Shown here piece by piece: positions 63,654-64,000 of a DNA stretch of 64,000 nucleotides. How positions within the stretch are numbered: position 1 is the stretch's first letter; every line of letters begins with the position of its first letter. Under the pieces are notes generated by a model, which had not been told where the DNA came from, searched no databases, and saw only the letters and a program-made list of their open reading frames with translations. The position numbers and the translations under genes are program-made. This DNA is from Azolla caroliniana (Eukaryota; Plantae; Polypodiophyta): assembly GCA_043228905.1 (NCBI GenBank), contig JBHGNT010000015.1:13020001-13084000 (forward strand), given 5' to 3'.

Positions 63654-63689
63654 ATGCGCGACCCTTCCACTTGTGAACGCGAACGTGTT
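63654..63689 (-). repeat. Right terminal inverted repeat, copy 2
   Basis: Reverse complement aacacgttcgcgttcacaagtggaagggtcgcgcat matches 11362-11397 with 3 mismatches. Confidence 0.9.
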
Positions 63690-64000
63690 ACAACAAGTTA
63701 TATATTTAATCTCAATTTTAGCCAATCTTTAAAGATATGTCTCGATTATAAATTACAATTTTATCCTAAACGTTAATAACCAATTGACAATAATGTCGCC
63801 TTAATATGCGGCACCATACATACTTTTTCTAAAATATTTCTAGTCATCGTCAATAAACATTATGGATATTCAAATGGTGAAGTCGTTAGAGAGCTTGGGA
63901 GATACTAACGAAGACCAGTTGATTGTGGCCAATCGAGGTTTCGAACCTATGACCTTCGCGTTATTAGCACGACACTCTAACCAACTAAGCTAATTGGCCA
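63690..64000. repeat. tRNA-Ile satellite, right block (continues beyond the window)
   Basis: Spacer matches the other units. Confidence 0.92.
63926..63999 (-). tRNA. tRNA-Ile: tRNA-Ile(AAT)-like gene, copy 12 (mutated)
   Basis: As copy 1 with several substitutions. Confidence 0.78.

Larger units (their letters stand above)
37377..63689 (+). mobile_element. Sola-like TIR transposon with ParB-MTase gene, copy 2 (left ~1 kb and left TIR lost; three direct LTR-element insertions, one further nested)
   Basis: Colinear with 12364-22758 once nested elements are removed; right TIR 63654-63689 followed by satellite sequence. Confidence 0.88.

Overview
Eukaryotic nuclear, gene-free heterochromatin-type DNA, probably from a non-seed land plant such as a moss (inferred from the plant-type tRNA-Ile(AAT), TTTAGGG telomere repeat and Tcn1-like chromoviruses). 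The backbone is a ~898-bp tandem satellite whose units each carry a tRNA-Ile(AAT)-like gene on the minus strand (12 copies seen). Many nested LTR retroelements interrupt it: 3 Copia (one intact and very young), 4 Gypsy, one internally deleted mini-Gypsy and 2 solo LTRs. The main result is two copies of a ~9.5-kb terminal-inverted-repeat DNA transposon: 11362-22758 (complete, 4-bp TSD TCGT) and 37377-63689 (left end lost). Each carries a Sola-like DDD transposase on + and, divergently on -, a six-exon gene the ORF track does not assemble. That gene encodes a ParB/Srx-like domain fused to a bacterial-type beta-class amino (N6-adenine/N4-cytosine) DNA methyltransferase (DIPY...NPYQKP...LDLFxGTGTT). 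Its first intron holds an array of 31-bp palindromes. Both copies here are pseudogenised. All family assignments come from motif recognition by eye, not from database searches.
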